DNA from: Thermoanaerobaculia bacterium
GTDB lineage: Bacteria > Acidobacteriota > Thermoanaerobaculia > UBA5066
DNA length: 64,000 bases
NCBI GenBank assembly: GCA_038245905.1
Contig: JBBRRY010000021.1
Coordinates: 1-64,000, forward strand
Direction: 5' to 3'
Positions 43,598-54,153 of the stretch are shown one piece after another. The notes beneath the pieces are model-generated. The model saw only the letters and a list, made by a program, of their open reading frames with translations. It was not told where the DNA came from and did not search any database. Each line of letters opens with the position of its first letter. The first letter of the stretch is position 1. Both the position numbers and the translations under genes were made by a program.

Positions 43598-46042
43598 TTA
43601 GTAGAGGAGGAAGGCGGCCCGCCGCTTCTCGAACTCCATCGCGCCGGCCGCCCACGCGGCCGTGATCTCGCCAGCCGTCTCGCCGCGCTGGAAGCGGGCG
43701 AGGGCGGCGTCGTTCACGAGGAGGCGCGGGAGGCGGTCGGACTTCCACTCCTTCGGGTGGAGGTCGCGGAGCGCCGTCGCGACGTGGAAGCCGAGGGAGA
43801 CGGCGTTCAGCGCGTCGCGGTTCACGACGGTGATGCGGACGCCTGAGCACGACTCGCCCTTGAAGACCGAGGAGGACGGCGTGAAGCGCACGGGCGTGAA
43901 GCGCACGCCCGGGATCCCGCGCGCGTTCAGCGTCGCCGCGATGCGGGGGCCGTCCATCCACGGGGCGCCGAACTGCTCGAACGGCGTGTCGGTGCCGCGG
44001 CCGACCGAGACGTTCGTCGTCTCGAGCAGGCCGACGCCTGGATAGAGCGCGGCTTCCGCCACGGAGCGGAGGTTCGGCGACGGGTTCACCCACGGCAGGC
44101 CCGTCTCGTCATACCAGAGGTCGCGGGAATAGCCCGCCATCTTGACGACCGTGAGGTCCGCGCCGAGCTTCTTCTCGGCGTTGAAGAGACCTGCGAGCTC
44201 GCCGATCGTCATACCGGTCCGGATGGGGATTGGGTGATACGCGACGAACGTGAGCGCATCGGTATCGGCGGGCGGGCCTTCCATGACGTCCGCGCGGATC
44301 GGGTTCGGCCGATCGAGGACGACGACCTTCACCTTCGCCTTCGCGGCGTCCTCGAGGACGTACCCGAGCGTCGTGAGGTACGTGTAGAAGCGGCAGCCCG
44401 CGTCCTGCAGGTCCACGACGACCGCGTCGAGGCCCGCGAGGTCGGAGGCAGACGGCCGCCGCGACTCGGGCGTGTCGCCGTAGAGAGAGCGCACGGAGAG
44501 GCCGGTCTTCTCGTCGACGGAGTCCGACACCTTCTCGTCCAGAGCGCCGCGAATTCCATGTTCAGGAGAGAAGAGCTTTGAAAGGGTCACACCCGCCGCC
44601 TTCGCCTTCTCCGAATTCAACACGTCGATGGTGGACCTGCCGTCCCTCGTGAGCCCGGTGTGGTTCGTCAGGAGCGCGACGCGCATTCGCGCGATCACGC
44701 CGAAGGAGTTTTCTTCGAGTGTGTCGATCCCGGGGTGGACTTGCCCGAGGAGTCGCGCCGGAGCTCCCCCGCGCTCTTTCACATTCGAGGAAGGCGCCGA
44801 AGGCGCGCCCGTGCTCTTCGAAGCCGACGACGCGGTGCCGATGGCCGAAAGGAGCGCAGTCCCTTCCGAAGCCTTTCTAAGCTCTTCCGGAGTTCTATCC
44901 CTGATCGCGCTCGCGACGATCGTCGCGACCTTGCCGCGCAGCGCGACGACGTTGCCCGACTCGTCGGGGTGGTTCCGGTTCGTCAGGAGGATCACGAAGG
45001 TATCCGTCGCGGGGTCGAGCCACATGGACGTCCCCGTCCAGCCCGTGTGTCCGACCGAGCCGAGGGGGAAAAGGTCGCCGCGGTTCGAGGAGAACGAGCT
45101 CCCGACGTCCCAGCCGAGGCCGCGGAGGACGCCGTCGCCGTAGAAGCGCGGCCGCATCATTGACGCGACGCCCGCGGGCGAGAGGACGCCGCCGCCGCCC
45201 TTCAGCATCGCCGCGCAGAAGCGCGCGAGATCGTCGGCAGTCGAGAAGAGGCCCGCGTGCCCCGCGACGCCGCCGAGCGCGTAAGCGCGCGGGTCGTGCA
45301 CCGCGCCGCGGCGGATCGTGCCGTTGATCTTCTCGGTGGGGGCGACGAGAGAGAGAGGAAGAGGAAGAGATTGCTTTGAAGGGGGAGAGAGAGGGAGGAA
45401 GGCGGTGTGCGTCATCCCGAGCGGCTCGAAGATCCGTTTCGCCGCGAATTCATCGAGAGGTAGTCCGGAGACACGCCGCACGAGCTCTCCGAGCACTTCG
45501 AACCCCACGTCCGAATACAGGAAACGCGACCCGGGCGCCGCGGTGAGAGGCTGCCGGTATTTCCTTTCAAAGATTTCTTCTCTGGTCCCCATATACAAGG
45601 CCATCGGGTCGTCTGCGGCGAGGCCTGCCCGATGCGTCAGCAGCTCTTCGATCGTCACCTGATCCCGCGCGCCGCCACCGGACGCGAACTCGGGGATGTG
45701 CTTCGCGACGCGATCCTGGAGGCGGATCCTTCCCTCCTCGACGAGCATCATGACGCTCGTGGCCGTCGCGACGACCTTCGTGAGCGACGCCATGTCGAAA
45801 ATCGTGTCGAGAGTCATCGGCTCGACCGCGGGCGCGAGGGCGCGGTTTCCGTACGCCTTGCGAAACACGACGGTGCCGCGGCGGCCGACGAGAACGACGG
45901 CGCCCGGGCACTCCTTGTTCCGGATCGCGTCTTCGACGACCCGGTCGACGGCGTGCAGCCTGTCGGCGGACATTCCAGCGGCCGCGGGAGAGGCGAGCGC
46001 GAGCGCCGCCGCCTGGACGGCGGCGAGGAACACCGCCGTCAC
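43598..46042 (-). CDS. Serine hydrolase (beta-lactamase/AmiE-like) fused to DUF1343 (NamZ-like exo-beta-N-acetylmuramidase)
   Basis: SLTK, YSD, GHTGWTG; LFSPEHG, DLQDAGCRFYTY, DRPNP, PSPNL. Confidence 0.88.
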   Translation of the reverse strand: MTAVFLAAVQAAALALASPAAAGMSADRLHAVDRVVEDAIRNKECPGAVVLVGRRGTVVFRKAYGNRALAPAVEPMTLDTIFDMASLTKVVATATSVMMLVEEGRIRLQDRVAKHIPEFASGGGARDQVTIEELLTHRAGLAADDPMALYMGTREEIFERKYRQPLTAAPGSRFLYSDVGFEVLGELVRRVSGLPLDEFAAKRIFEPLGMTHTAFLPLSPPSKQSLPLPLSLVAPTEKINGTIRRGAVHDPRAYALGGVAGHAGLFSTADDLARFCAAMLKGGGGVLSPAGVASMMRPRFYGDGVLRGLGWDVGSSFSSNRGDLFPLGSVGHTGWTGTSMWLDPATDTFVILLTNRNHPDESGNVVALRGKVATIVASAIRDRTPEELRKASEGTALLSAIGTASSASKSTGAPSAPSSNVKERGGAPARLLGQVHPGIDTLEENSFGVIARMRVALLTNHTGLTRDGRSTIDVLNSEKAKAAGVTLSKLFSPEHGIRGALDEKVSDSVDEKTGLSVRSLYGDTPESRRPSASDLAGLDAVVVDLQDAGCRFYTYLTTLGYVLEDAAKAKVKVVVLDRPNPIRADVMEGPPADTDALTFVAYHPIPIRTGMTIGELAGLFNAEKKLGADLTVVKMAGYSRDLWYDETGLPWVNPSPNLRSVAEAALYPGVGLLETTNVSVGRGTDTPFEQFGAPWMDGPRIAATLNARGIPGVRFTPVRFTPSSSVFKGESCSGVRITVVNRDALNAVSLGFHVATALRDLHPKEWKSDRLPRLLVNDAALARFQRGETAGEITAAWAAGAMEFEKRRAAFLLY

Positions 46043-47832
46043 GGCCGTTCCGCCGGTTCCGCCGCGACGATCGCACGCAGCTCCTCTCCCGTGCGGTAGA
46101 CGCCGCCGCGGACGACGCCCTTGACCGAGCGGACGTTCGCAATGGTCGCCGAGGGATCCTTCGCGAAGACGACGAGATCGGCGAGCTTGCCCTTCTCGAC
46201 GGTCCCGATCTCCTTGTCCCGCGAAAGCGCGCGGCTGCCGCCTTTCGTCGCGGCGACGAGGACCTCCATCGGCGTCATTCCCGCCGCTTGCATGGCTTCC
46301 ATCTCGGCATATACGGACGGGCCGTGGAGCGTTCCCGGATTGCCGGCGTCCGTCCCCATCGCGATTGGAATGCCGGCGTCCCGTACCCGTTTGAGATTCG
46401 CGAGGCCGACGGCGTTCCGCTCGGCCGTTCGGACCTCGCGGTCACGGACCTTCGACGCGACGCTGGCCGCATCGATCTCCGGAGTCGCGGCGAGGCGCGC
46501 GCGCGTCGCCGGGTCGACACAACCATTCGGGTCGTCGAACGCCAGGGCCGTGCCCGCCGCTGCGGCCTTCGCGAGCGCGACGTAACCGTCGATCACGACG
46601 AGCGTTGGGTTGTAGATCGCGCCACTCTTTTTCAGGAGGACGAGGAATTCGTCGTCGACGGGCGTGTCCGAGACGCCGTGGACGAGGAGCGAGGCCCCCG
46701 CCCGGAGAGCGACCTTCGCCTCCGCGAGGCCGGTCGCGTGGACGATGAGCGGCAGACTCTGTTTCTTCGCCTCGGCACCGGCCGCGAGGACGGCCGCCTC
46801 GGACGCCTCGACAGGACGGTCGGGAGTGACGACGTACCAGACTTTGACGGCTTGTGCGCCCCGCGACGCCAGGTACGAGACGCTCGTCTTCGCGGCCTCC
46901 GCGTCCTTGAGGAAGATGAACTGCCTCTCGCCCGGGAGATTCAGCCAGAAGTCGATCGTCGAGAGAAGCGGCCCGGCGGCGCGGACGCGCGGCGCGAGCG
47001 TGTCGTTCTCCGCTCGGGCCGGAAGGTCCAGCGACCACGCGTAACCGCCCACGTCGAAGACGCTCGTGACGCCGGAACAGACGTAGGACCGGAAGAAGCG
47101 CTCGGGCCGCGTGCGGAGGTCCTTCTGAACGTCTTCGTAGGGGTGCTTCGCGCGCACGTCGAAGGCGTCTGGCCGCCCGTCAGCCCAACCGGTCTGGGCG
47201 AAGTGGACGTGCGCGTCGACGAGTCCGGGCGTGAGAAACGCACCCGTCAGATCCGTTCGCGCGACACCGGCCGGAACGGGGCAGGCCGCGCGCGATCCCG
47301 CGCAATCGATCTTTCCGCCGCGCACGAGGACGACGGCGTCCTTCACGGGAGGGCCGCCGTTGCCATCTAGCAGCGTCGCGCCCGTGAAGGCGCGAGGCGG
47401 CGGCGGCGTGCCGGGCGGAGCTTCGAAGGCGGATGTGACGGTGATCTTCCAGCCCTTCGGCGTCTTCACGAAGAGCCGCTCCGAGATGCCGGCGTGCTCG
47501 TCTCCGCCGTAGCGCACGCGATAGCGGTACGTTCCGTACACGATCCCGTCCCGTACGGGAACCAGCTGGAGGTCGGCTGCCTCGAGGGTGTCGGGCCACT
47601 TCGCCCCCGCCTGCTTCTCGAAATCCGTGAACCCGAGGACCTGGCCTTCCGGCGAGGTGCGCACGAGCCGCTCCGAGTCGAGGTAGCAGGCGAGGTAGGC
47701 CGCCTTGTCATGCGCGTGAATGGCGGCGAGATTGCGCTCAAAAAGCGCCCGCGCCTCGTCGAGGTCGGAGGCGAACGCGGCTGAAGACAAGAGGACGAGC
47801 GCGGCGAGCGCGAGCGAACGAAGGGGCTTCAT
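46039..47832 (-). CDS. Secreted amidohydrolase with N-terminal NTF2/SnoaL-like domain
   Basis: PGLVDAHVH, VH, LVH, GTDAG, GKLADLV. Confidence 0.85.
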   Translation of the reverse strand: MKPLRSLALAALVLLSSAAFASDLDEARALFERNLAAIHAHDKAAYLACYLDSERLVRTSPEGQVLGFTDFEKQAGAKWPDTLEAADLQLVPVRDGIVYGTYRYRVRYGGDEHAGISERLFVKTPKGWKITVTSAFEAPPGTPPPPRAFTGATLLDGNGGPPVKDAVVLVRGGKIDCAGSRAACPVPAGVARTDLTGAFLTPGLVDAHVHFAQTGWADGRPDAFDVRAKHPYEDVQKDLRTRPERFFRSYVCSGVTSVFDVGGYAWSLDLPARAENDTLAPRVRAAGPLLSTIDFWLNLPGERQFIFLKDAEAAKTSVSYLASRGAQAVKVWYVVTPDRPVEASEAAVLAAGAEAKKQSLPLIVHATGLAEAKVALRAGASLLVHGVSDTPVDDEFLVLLKKSGAIYNPTLVVIDGYVALAKAAAAGTALAFDDPNGCVDPATRARLAATPEIDAASVASKVRDREVRTAERNAVGLANLKRVRDAGIPIAMGTDAGNPGTLHGPSVYAEMEAMQAAGMTPMEVLVAATKGGSRALSRDKEIGTVEKGKLADLVVFAKDPSATIANVRSVKGVVRGGVYRTGEELRAIVAAEPAERP

Positions 47833-47945
47833 GGAAGGGATTATTCCGCGACGTCCCACTTCGCCGCCAGCAGCGCCTTACGAGCCTCCCGAGGTCCGGC
47901 TCCGATCGAGGTCAAAAAACCAGATCGTCGACTGCCCGGAAGCCT

Positions 47946-48512
47946 TCAGCGCGAAACCACGTGCGACAGGTTTGCGCTGTGGATCTTGTCCGCGGTCGAA
48001 CGTGCCGCCCGGAGAAGCTGCGCCGAGCGATCGGGAACCGGCGTGGGCGTGGATGTGGACGTTTGCGCGTGGGCGGCCGACGAGTTGACGGTGTTCGAAA
48101 CGGCTCTCCACCCTTCCTTGTCCTTGTTGATAGCTTTCACGCCGTCCATGATCGCTTTCAGATCCTCCTGGGCACTTTTCGCCGCTTCCATCATGACGAT
48201 GAAGCAGAGCGCCATAATGTCCCCGTCTCCCGTCGCCCCGAGATTCGGATAGGTGACGCCCGCTCCCCCGGCGGTTCGAACGCGCCGCGTCACGAACCGC
48301 GCCCGCACCGACTGCTCCAACGCGGCGACGTCGACCGGTCCCCGCGCGCTCGCCAGCGCGCGCCCCTGATCCTTCACCCAGGAGAGGACCTGCGGTGACG
48401 CCTGCGCCCGCAGCGCGTCCGCCCGAGCGGCGAGGTCGGCGGGGATCTCCGCGGCGGACACGGAGAAGGCCGCGACGAGAACCGCCGGGAGTAATACGGA
48501 CGGAAGCTTCAT
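47946..48512 (-). CDS. Hypothetical secreted helical protein
   Basis: GAGGAG SD, signal peptide, DIMALCFIVMMEAAKSAQEDLKAIM helix. Confidence 0.7.
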   Translation of the reverse strand: MKLPSVLLPAVLVAAFSVSAAEIPADLAARADALRAQASPQVLSWVKDQGRALASARGPVDVAALEQSVRARFVTRRVRTAGGAGVTYPNLGATGDGDIMALCFIVMMEAAKSAQEDLKAIMDGVKAINKDKEGWRAVSNTVNSSAAHAQTSTSTPTPVPDRSAQLLRAARSTADKIHSANLSHVVSR

Positions 48513-48656
48513 GGATCTCCTCACCGTCGGAGGGATCTTATCGCCTTCCTCGGCCGGCCTACACCCAGCGGAGACGCTTGACTGTCCGCACGAATGACAA
48601 CACCGCCCAAGCGCTCAGGATGACGAGTCCCGCGCCGTGGCCGGCGAGCGCCGGTG

Positions 48657-50498
48657 CTATTTCGTGGAGGCGGGCGCCACGGATGAGGCTCTTGCGATTC
48701 CGTCCCCTCGCTTCGCGAGACCCGGGATCGTGATCGGAAGGTGGCCGCCGATCGCCGTTTCCCCGAAGAGCGCCTGCACGGCGGCCGCCTGGCTGACATC
48801 CTGGCCGCCCCACGCGCAGAGGTACGTCGGGAGGTCGGGGAAATCGCGCAGCAGGTAGGGGCTCCCGAACGAGACCGTGACGACGGGCTTGCCGAGTAGG
48901 AGGAGCTGCGGCAGCGCGTTGCGGCCCGGCTCGGGCACGGTGATCTTCCCCTGTCCCGAGCGAGTCCTCACGAACAGCGACACGAGAACCACGTCGGCGT
49001 TCCTCGCGGCCTCGACGGCGGCCTTCGTCTCCTCGGGCGTCGAGCGGGGGTCGAGACGAACGGTTTTCACGGAAGAGGCGCGTGTCTTGAGATCGGCCGC
49101 GAGGGGCCCGGTCGGGCCGTTCAGGGACGCCTCGTCGGAGATGACGAAGGAGAGCAGCTTCGCGCCCTTCTGGAGCGGCAGCACACCCTTCTCCTCGCGG
49201 ACGAGAGTGAGCGAACGCCTCGCGATCTCGGCCTCAAGCGCCTGGACGGCCGGCGTGTCGACGACTCTCGCGAGACTGCCGACGAAAGGAATCCGGTCCT
49301 CGTAGAGCTTCAGGTTCTTCTTCCAGTCGAGGATCCGCGTCACCGACTCGTCGAGGCGCGCCTCGGTGATCCGGCCCGACTTGACGGCTTCCTTGACGGC
49401 CGCGATCGCGGCGTCCGTGTCGGCCGATACCAGGATCTGATCCGATCCCGCGAGAATCGCACGCACGGCGGCTTCGCCGGCCGTGAAGTGAGACGTGATG
49501 CCGCCCATCGCCATAGAGTCGGTCACGACGAGGCCCTTGAAACCCAGCTCTTTCCGAAGGACCCCCGTCACCGTCGGCTCCGAGAGCGTGGTCGGCGTCG
49601 TCCCCTTCGTCTCCAGCTCGGGGACTCCGTCCGCTCCAGCCTCGCCCTTCGTCTTCGGGAGCGGCGGCGCGGGTGTGTCGTCGAGCGCAGGGATGGAGAG
49701 ATGCGCCACCATGACGGAACCGGCGCCCGCTTTCAGGCCTGCGCGGAAGGGCACGAGCTCGACGGATTGGAGCCTCTCCTTCGTGACGGCGAGGACGGGC
49801 AGCGCGAGATGCGAGTCGACAGCCGTGTCCCCGTGGCCGGGAAAATGCTTGAGGGTCGCGAGGACGCCGCCCTCCTGGAGCCCCTTCACCGTGGCTTCGA
49901 CGAAGCGCGACACGTCTGCGGGGTCCTCGCCGAAGCTCCGCACGTTGATGACGGGGTTGTCGGGGTTCACGTTCACGTCGGCGACGGGCGCGAACACCTG
50001 CCCGATGCCGATCGCCCGGGCCTCGCGGGCCGTCGCGAACGCTCGCCTCTCGGCGAGCGCCGGATCGCCGGCCGCGGCGATCGCCATCGCCCAGGGACCG
50101 TACGTGACGTCGTCGAAACGCATCCCAAGTCCGGCCTCGAGGTCGGCCGACACGAGGAGGGGCACGCGCGCGAATTCCTGGAGCTTCCCGACGAGGACCG
50201 CGGCCTCGTAGACATTCGACCGGAACAGGATGACGCCGCCGACGCGGTTGTCGACGACGTGGTGGCGCAATGTCCGAAATTCCTTCGACTCCTCGCTCAT
50301 GTAGATGCCGCGGGCCGGCACGACGAAGAGCTGGCCGATCTTTTCGTCGAGCGGGATTGAAATCGCGCGCGGAGCGTCCGCCGTGAGCTGGCCGAAGTCG
50401 ATGGTCACGGGAGGAAACGGGTTGCCGCCGCTGCAGGACGCGAAGAGGGCGGACGCGGCGAGAACGGCGGTCAGGCGGAGAGTCTTGAGTTGCATCAT
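48657..50498 (-). CDS. nagZ: GH3 beta-N-acetylglucosaminidase, lipoprotein
   Basis: KHFPGHGDTAVDSH signature, RSFGED, TDSM; LFASC lipobox. Confidence 0.85.
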   Translation of the reverse strand: MMQLKTLRLTAVLAASALFASCSGGNPFPPVTIDFGQLTADAPRAISIPLDEKIGQLFVVPARGIYMSEESKEFRTLRHHVVDNRVGGVILFRSNVYEAAVLVGKLQEFARVPLLVSADLEAGLGMRFDDVTYGPWAMAIAAAGDPALAERRAFATAREARAIGIGQVFAPVADVNVNPDNPVINVRSFGEDPADVSRFVEATVKGLQEGGVLATLKHFPGHGDTAVDSHLALPVLAVTKERLQSVELVPFRAGLKAGAGSVMVAHLSIPALDDTPAPPLPKTKGEAGADGVPELETKGTTPTTLSEPTVTGVLRKELGFKGLVVTDSMAMGGITSHFTAGEAAVRAILAGSDQILVSADTDAAIAAVKEAVKSGRITEARLDESVTRILDWKKNLKLYEDRIPFVGSLARVVDTPAVQALEAEIARRSLTLVREEKGVLPLQKGAKLLSFVISDEASLNGPTGPLAADLKTRASSVKTVRLDPRSTPEETKAAVEAARNADVVLVSLFVRTRSGQGKITVPEPGRNALPQLLLLGKPVVTVSFGSPYLLRDFPDLPTYLCAWGGQDVSQAAAVQALFGETAIGGHLPITIPGLAKRGDGIARASSVAPASTK

Positions 50499-51796
50499 GT
50501 TGTTTCGTCCCGGAACAGGTCCTCGAAGGTCCCGCGGCGGCGGATGAGCGTCGCCGTATCGCCGTCGACGAGCACCTCGGCAGGAAGGGGCCGGGCGTTG
50601 TACGTCGACGCCATCGCGAACCCGTAGGCGCCCGCGTCGAGAAAGACGACGAAGTTGCCGGGTTGTGGCCGGGGAAGGTGGCGCTCGGCGGCGAGGATGT
50701 CACCGGTCTCGCACACGTCGCCCGCAACGTCGAGGATCTCGGGCGTTCCGGAGGCGCCCACGACGCGCGCGCGGTGGTGCGCGGCATACATCGCGGGGCG
50801 CAGGAGCGTGTTCGATCCCGCGTTCACGTTCACGAAGGTCTTGACGGTGGTCGTCTTGACGGAATTCACGCGCGTCACGAGGAATCCCGAAGGGGCGACG
50901 AAGAAGCGGCCCGGCTCGAGCCAGAGGGCCGGCGTGTCCCCGCCGAGAGCGGACATCGCCTCGTTCCAGACCGGCGCGAGCGCGGCGGCGAGGACCGCGG
51001 GGGCGAGCCCCTCCTCGCCATCGTGGTACGGCACGGCCAGCCCGCCGCCGAGGTCGACGAATTCGAGCGAGAGGCCGAGGTCCCGTTTCAGCTCCACGAC
51101 GAAGCCGAGCATCTTTCGCGCCGTCGCAACGTAGCCGTCCGTCTCCATGATCTGGGATCCGATGTGGCAGTGAATGCCCGTGATCGCGACCGAAGGGAGC
51201 TCTTTGGCGCGGTCGTAAGCCGCGCGCGCGAGGCCGCCGTCGAGATGGAGGCCGAACTTCGCCTCAGGGATTCCCGTGTTGATGTGGTGAAGGGTGTGGG
51301 GGTCGACGCCGGGGTTGATGCGGAACGAGATGCGCGCGCGTTTTCCCGCCGCCGCAGCGGAGGCGGCCGCCTGCTCGAGCTCGTCGCGCGAGTCGACGTT
51401 CAGGACCGCGTCGATCTCAACCGCCTTCGCGATCTCGTCGGGTCCCTTCGAAGAGCTCGTGAAGAGAACCTCGTCGCCTCGCCATCCCGCGCGGAGCGCC
51501 GTCTCGATCTCGCCCAGCGAGACGACTTCAGGCGCCGCGCCCTCGCCGCGCAGCACCCTGAGAAGCGCCCCGTTCCCGTTGGCCTTGAGGGCGTAATGAA
51601 CGCGCAGCTTCGGGAAGCGGGACGCGAACGCCGCGTGCAGGGAACGAAACTGGGAAACGATCGTCGCGCGGTCGTAGACGTAGAGCGGGGTTCCGAATTC
51701 GGACGCGAGACGCGAAACGGCGCCCCGGGCGGCGGGCTCGTGGGCGCGGTCGGCGCGCAGGGCCTCGAGGCCGTCGTGGAGAGTCTGAGAGCTCAT
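50495..51796 (-). CDS. lysA: Diaminopimelate decarboxylase
   Basis: YALKAN, HHINTG..KFG, HIGSQ, EPGR, CETGD, GAYG..MASTYN. Confidence 0.9.
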   Translation of the reverse strand: MSSQTLHDGLEALRADRAHEPAARGAVSRLASEFGTPLYVYDRATIVSQFRSLHAAFASRFPKLRVHYALKANGNGALLRVLRGEGAAPEVVSLGEIETALRAGWRGDEVLFTSSSKGPDEIAKAVEIDAVLNVDSRDELEQAAASAAAAGKRARISFRINPGVDPHTLHHINTGIPEAKFGLHLDGGLARAAYDRAKELPSVAITGIHCHIGSQIMETDGYVATARKMLGFVVELKRDLGLSLEFVDLGGGLAVPYHDGEEGLAPAVLAAALAPVWNEAMSALGGDTPALWLEPGRFFVAPSGFLVTRVNSVKTTTVKTFVNVNAGSNTLLRPAMYAAHHRARVVGASGTPEILDVAGDVCETGDILAAERHLPRPQPGNFVVFLDAGAYGFAMASTYNARPLPAEVLVDGDTATLIRRRGTFEDLFRDETT

Positions 51797-51836
51797 GAGG
51801 GCGCGATTCTGCCAGCTTCAGGGTACGATCACCCTG

Positions 51837-52175
51837 ATGCACGTCGAAGTCCGTAAAGCCAAGGACGTCGTGATCGTCGATCTCCAGGGGAAGCTTCTCG
51901 CGGGAGTCGGCGACGAGATCCTCCGCAACGTCGTAAACGAGCTCCTCGCCGAGGGGTGGAAGAAGATCCTCCTCAACCTCTCCGAGGTGACGGCCATCGA
52001 CAGCGCGGGCACGGGCGAGCTCGTGGCGAGTCTGAAGATCACCGAGCGCTTCGGCGCGAAACTGAAGCTCCTGAACCTGCACGAGCGTGTCCGCAAGAGC
52101 CTGCACCTTTCCGATCTCCTTCCCGTCTTCGAGGTCTACGACGAGGAGAGCGTGGCCCTCCAGCACTACGCTTAG
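51837..52175 (+). CDS. STAS domain anti-sigma factor antagonist
   Basis: LNLSEVTAIDSAGTG phospho-Ser motif. Confidence 0.9.
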   Translation: MHVEVRKAKDVVIVDLQGKLLAGVGDEILRNVVNELLAEGWKKILLNLSEVTAIDSAGTGELVASLKITERFGAKLKLLNLHERVRKSLHLSDLLPVFEVYDEESVALQHYA

Positions 52176-52184
52176 GGAGGGGTC

Positions 52185-53781
52185 ATGGTCTCGTTGCTCG
52201 TTGCCGCGGCGCTCGCCGCGGCCCCATGGCCGAGCGTCGCGCTGACCCGAGTCGCGGGCGGCTTCTCGAGCCCGACACAGATCACGAGCGCGCGCGACGG
52301 CTCGGGCCGCCTGTTCGTCGTCGAGCAGGGCGGCCTCGTGAAGATCGTGAAGGACGGCGACCCGGACGTCGCGAGCTTGTTCGATGAACAGGTCCTCCTG
52401 AAGATTCCGCAGCCGTTCGCGAACCACAACGGAGGCCAGCTCGCGTTCGGGCCCGACGGGTTCTTATACGTGGGCATGGGCGACGGAGGGAGCGCGGGCG
52501 ACCCCTCGAACAACGGTCAGAGTCTCGGAACTCTTCTTGGAAAGATTCTTAGAATAGATGTGCGGGGCTCGGCCTCGCCGTATGGCATCCCGCCGGGCAA
52601 CCCTTTCGCCGGCTCTTCGTCTTCGCGCCGCGAGATCTGGGCCTACGGCCTGCGCAATCCGTGGCGGTTCTCGTTCGACCGCAAGACGGGGAACCTCTTC
52701 ATCGGCGACGTCGGGCAGGGCGCGTGGGAAGAAGTCGACTTCCAGCCTGCGGCGGCTCCCGGCGGTGCGAACTGCGGCTGGCGCGTCACCGAGGGTGCGC
52801 ACTGCTACAACCCGGCGACGGGCTGCAGCTTCGCGGGCATCACGCTTCCCGTGGCCGAGTACGGGCACGGCGGCGGCAACTGCTCGATCACGGGCGGCTT
52901 CGTCTATCGCGGGCGCGACTTCGCGCGCCTCGGGCACGTTGTACCGCCTCGTGGATGCCGACGGACCGCTGTCCGTCCTGACGGTGCCCGTCGTCGTGGA
53001 CGTCGCGGGTGTGAACGGCGCGCGCTTCGTCTCGGAGCTCACTCTCGGGAACCGCGGAACGACGGACGCGTCCGTAGACCTGACGTTCACGGCATCCGTG
53101 GCGCTCGGCTCGACGGGCAGCGGCACGTTCACGACGGCGGTACCGGCGGGACGACAGCTCGTCTTTCCGGACGTGATCCAGTGGCTGCGTGACCATGGCC
53201 TCCCCGTTCCGCCGGGCAACCAGGGTGGGACGTTGCGGCTCGCGTACTCCGGGCTGTCGTTCGGCGACGCCGCGTTCGCGTCCGTGCGGACGCTCGCGAA
53301 GGGGGGTGCGGCGGAGTTCCACGCGAGCGCCCGCACCTCCTCCTCCACACCCGTGGGCGGGACGTTCGGCGTCGCGTATCCGGCGATCCGGCCGTCCGCG
53401 GCCGCGCTGTCGGAGGCGTGGGTCTTCGGCCTGAAACAGGACGGTTCGGCGCGCTCCAACCTCGCGCTGACGAACACGGTTCCGCCGCCGTCGGGATCTC
53501 CCCCAACTCCGTCGCCCGTCGAGCTCTCCGTGGAGTTCTTCGACGGCGATACCGGTCTTTCAGCCGGATTTCAAACCGTTTCCGTGGACGCGTTCTATCC
53601 CCGATGGATTCAGCTCAATTCCCCCCTCACCGCCAGGGGCATCCGGACGGGATACGTACGCGTACGGGCTCCGGCGGGCAACGTCGTTCCGTTCATCGTC
53701 TACGGCGTGGTCAATGACGGCGCTTCGCCGGGGCAGGGGACGGGCGACGGGAGCTATCTCGGGATGAGCGGGGTGAAGTAG
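52185..53781 (+). pseudogene. Disrupted PQQ-dependent (GSDH) sugar dehydrogenase with C-terminal secreted domain
   Basis: NHNGG, GKILRID, GLRNPWR, GDVG motifs in frame 52185; frame switches near 52930 (FARLG to ASGTLYRLVD, ORF 52558..53781); propeller segments appear missing near 52358 and 52930. Confidence 0.7.
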
Positions 53782-53823
53782 TCGCGGAACCCCGCGGGGC
53801 CCGGAAGCGTAGACTTCCACGAA

Positions 53824-54153
53824 GTGAAGGGCTCTCTCTTACGCGCCGCCGTCTTCGCTCTCCTCGCGCCGCTGGCGCTGGGCGGGGCGTTTGGGCACGT
53901 CGACGGGCTCGAGGTTCTCTCGCAGGGCACGCAGCTCTTTCATCCGGACCACCCCGCGCACGCCCCGTTCGTCCCGCAGCACGAGCACGCGTGCGCGTCC
54001 TGCGCCGTCTCGAACGTCATGCCGCCGGCGTCGGCGCCTGTCTTCCTCATGCCGCCTCTTTCGCACCCGCTCGCGGAATCGCGTACGGATCGCAGTTCGC
54101 CCACCCCGGATCTCCCCGAGCTCTCCGGTCGTTCGCCTCCTTCCGCAGCGTAG
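53824..54153 (+). CDS. DUF2946-like His/CxxC uORF with RSPP arrest-like motif
   Basis: Hydrophobic N-terminus, HPDHPAH..HEHACASC, C-terminal GRSPP. Confidence 0.75.
   Translation: MKGSLLRAAVFALLAPLALGGAFGHVDGLEVLSQGTQLFHPDHPAHAPFVPQHEHACASCAVSNVMPPASAPVFLMPPLSHPLAESRTDRSSPTPDLPELSGRSPPSAA

Noticed and set aside
48559-48813. 84-aa ORF between nagZ and the secreted protein
   Set aside because: Overlaps nagZ in another frame; no SD or motifs.
50495-51796. PLP decarboxylase as ornithine/arginine decarboxylase feeding the polyamine genes
   Set aside because: HxxIxTG, HIGSQ, CETGD and MASTYN fit LysA better.
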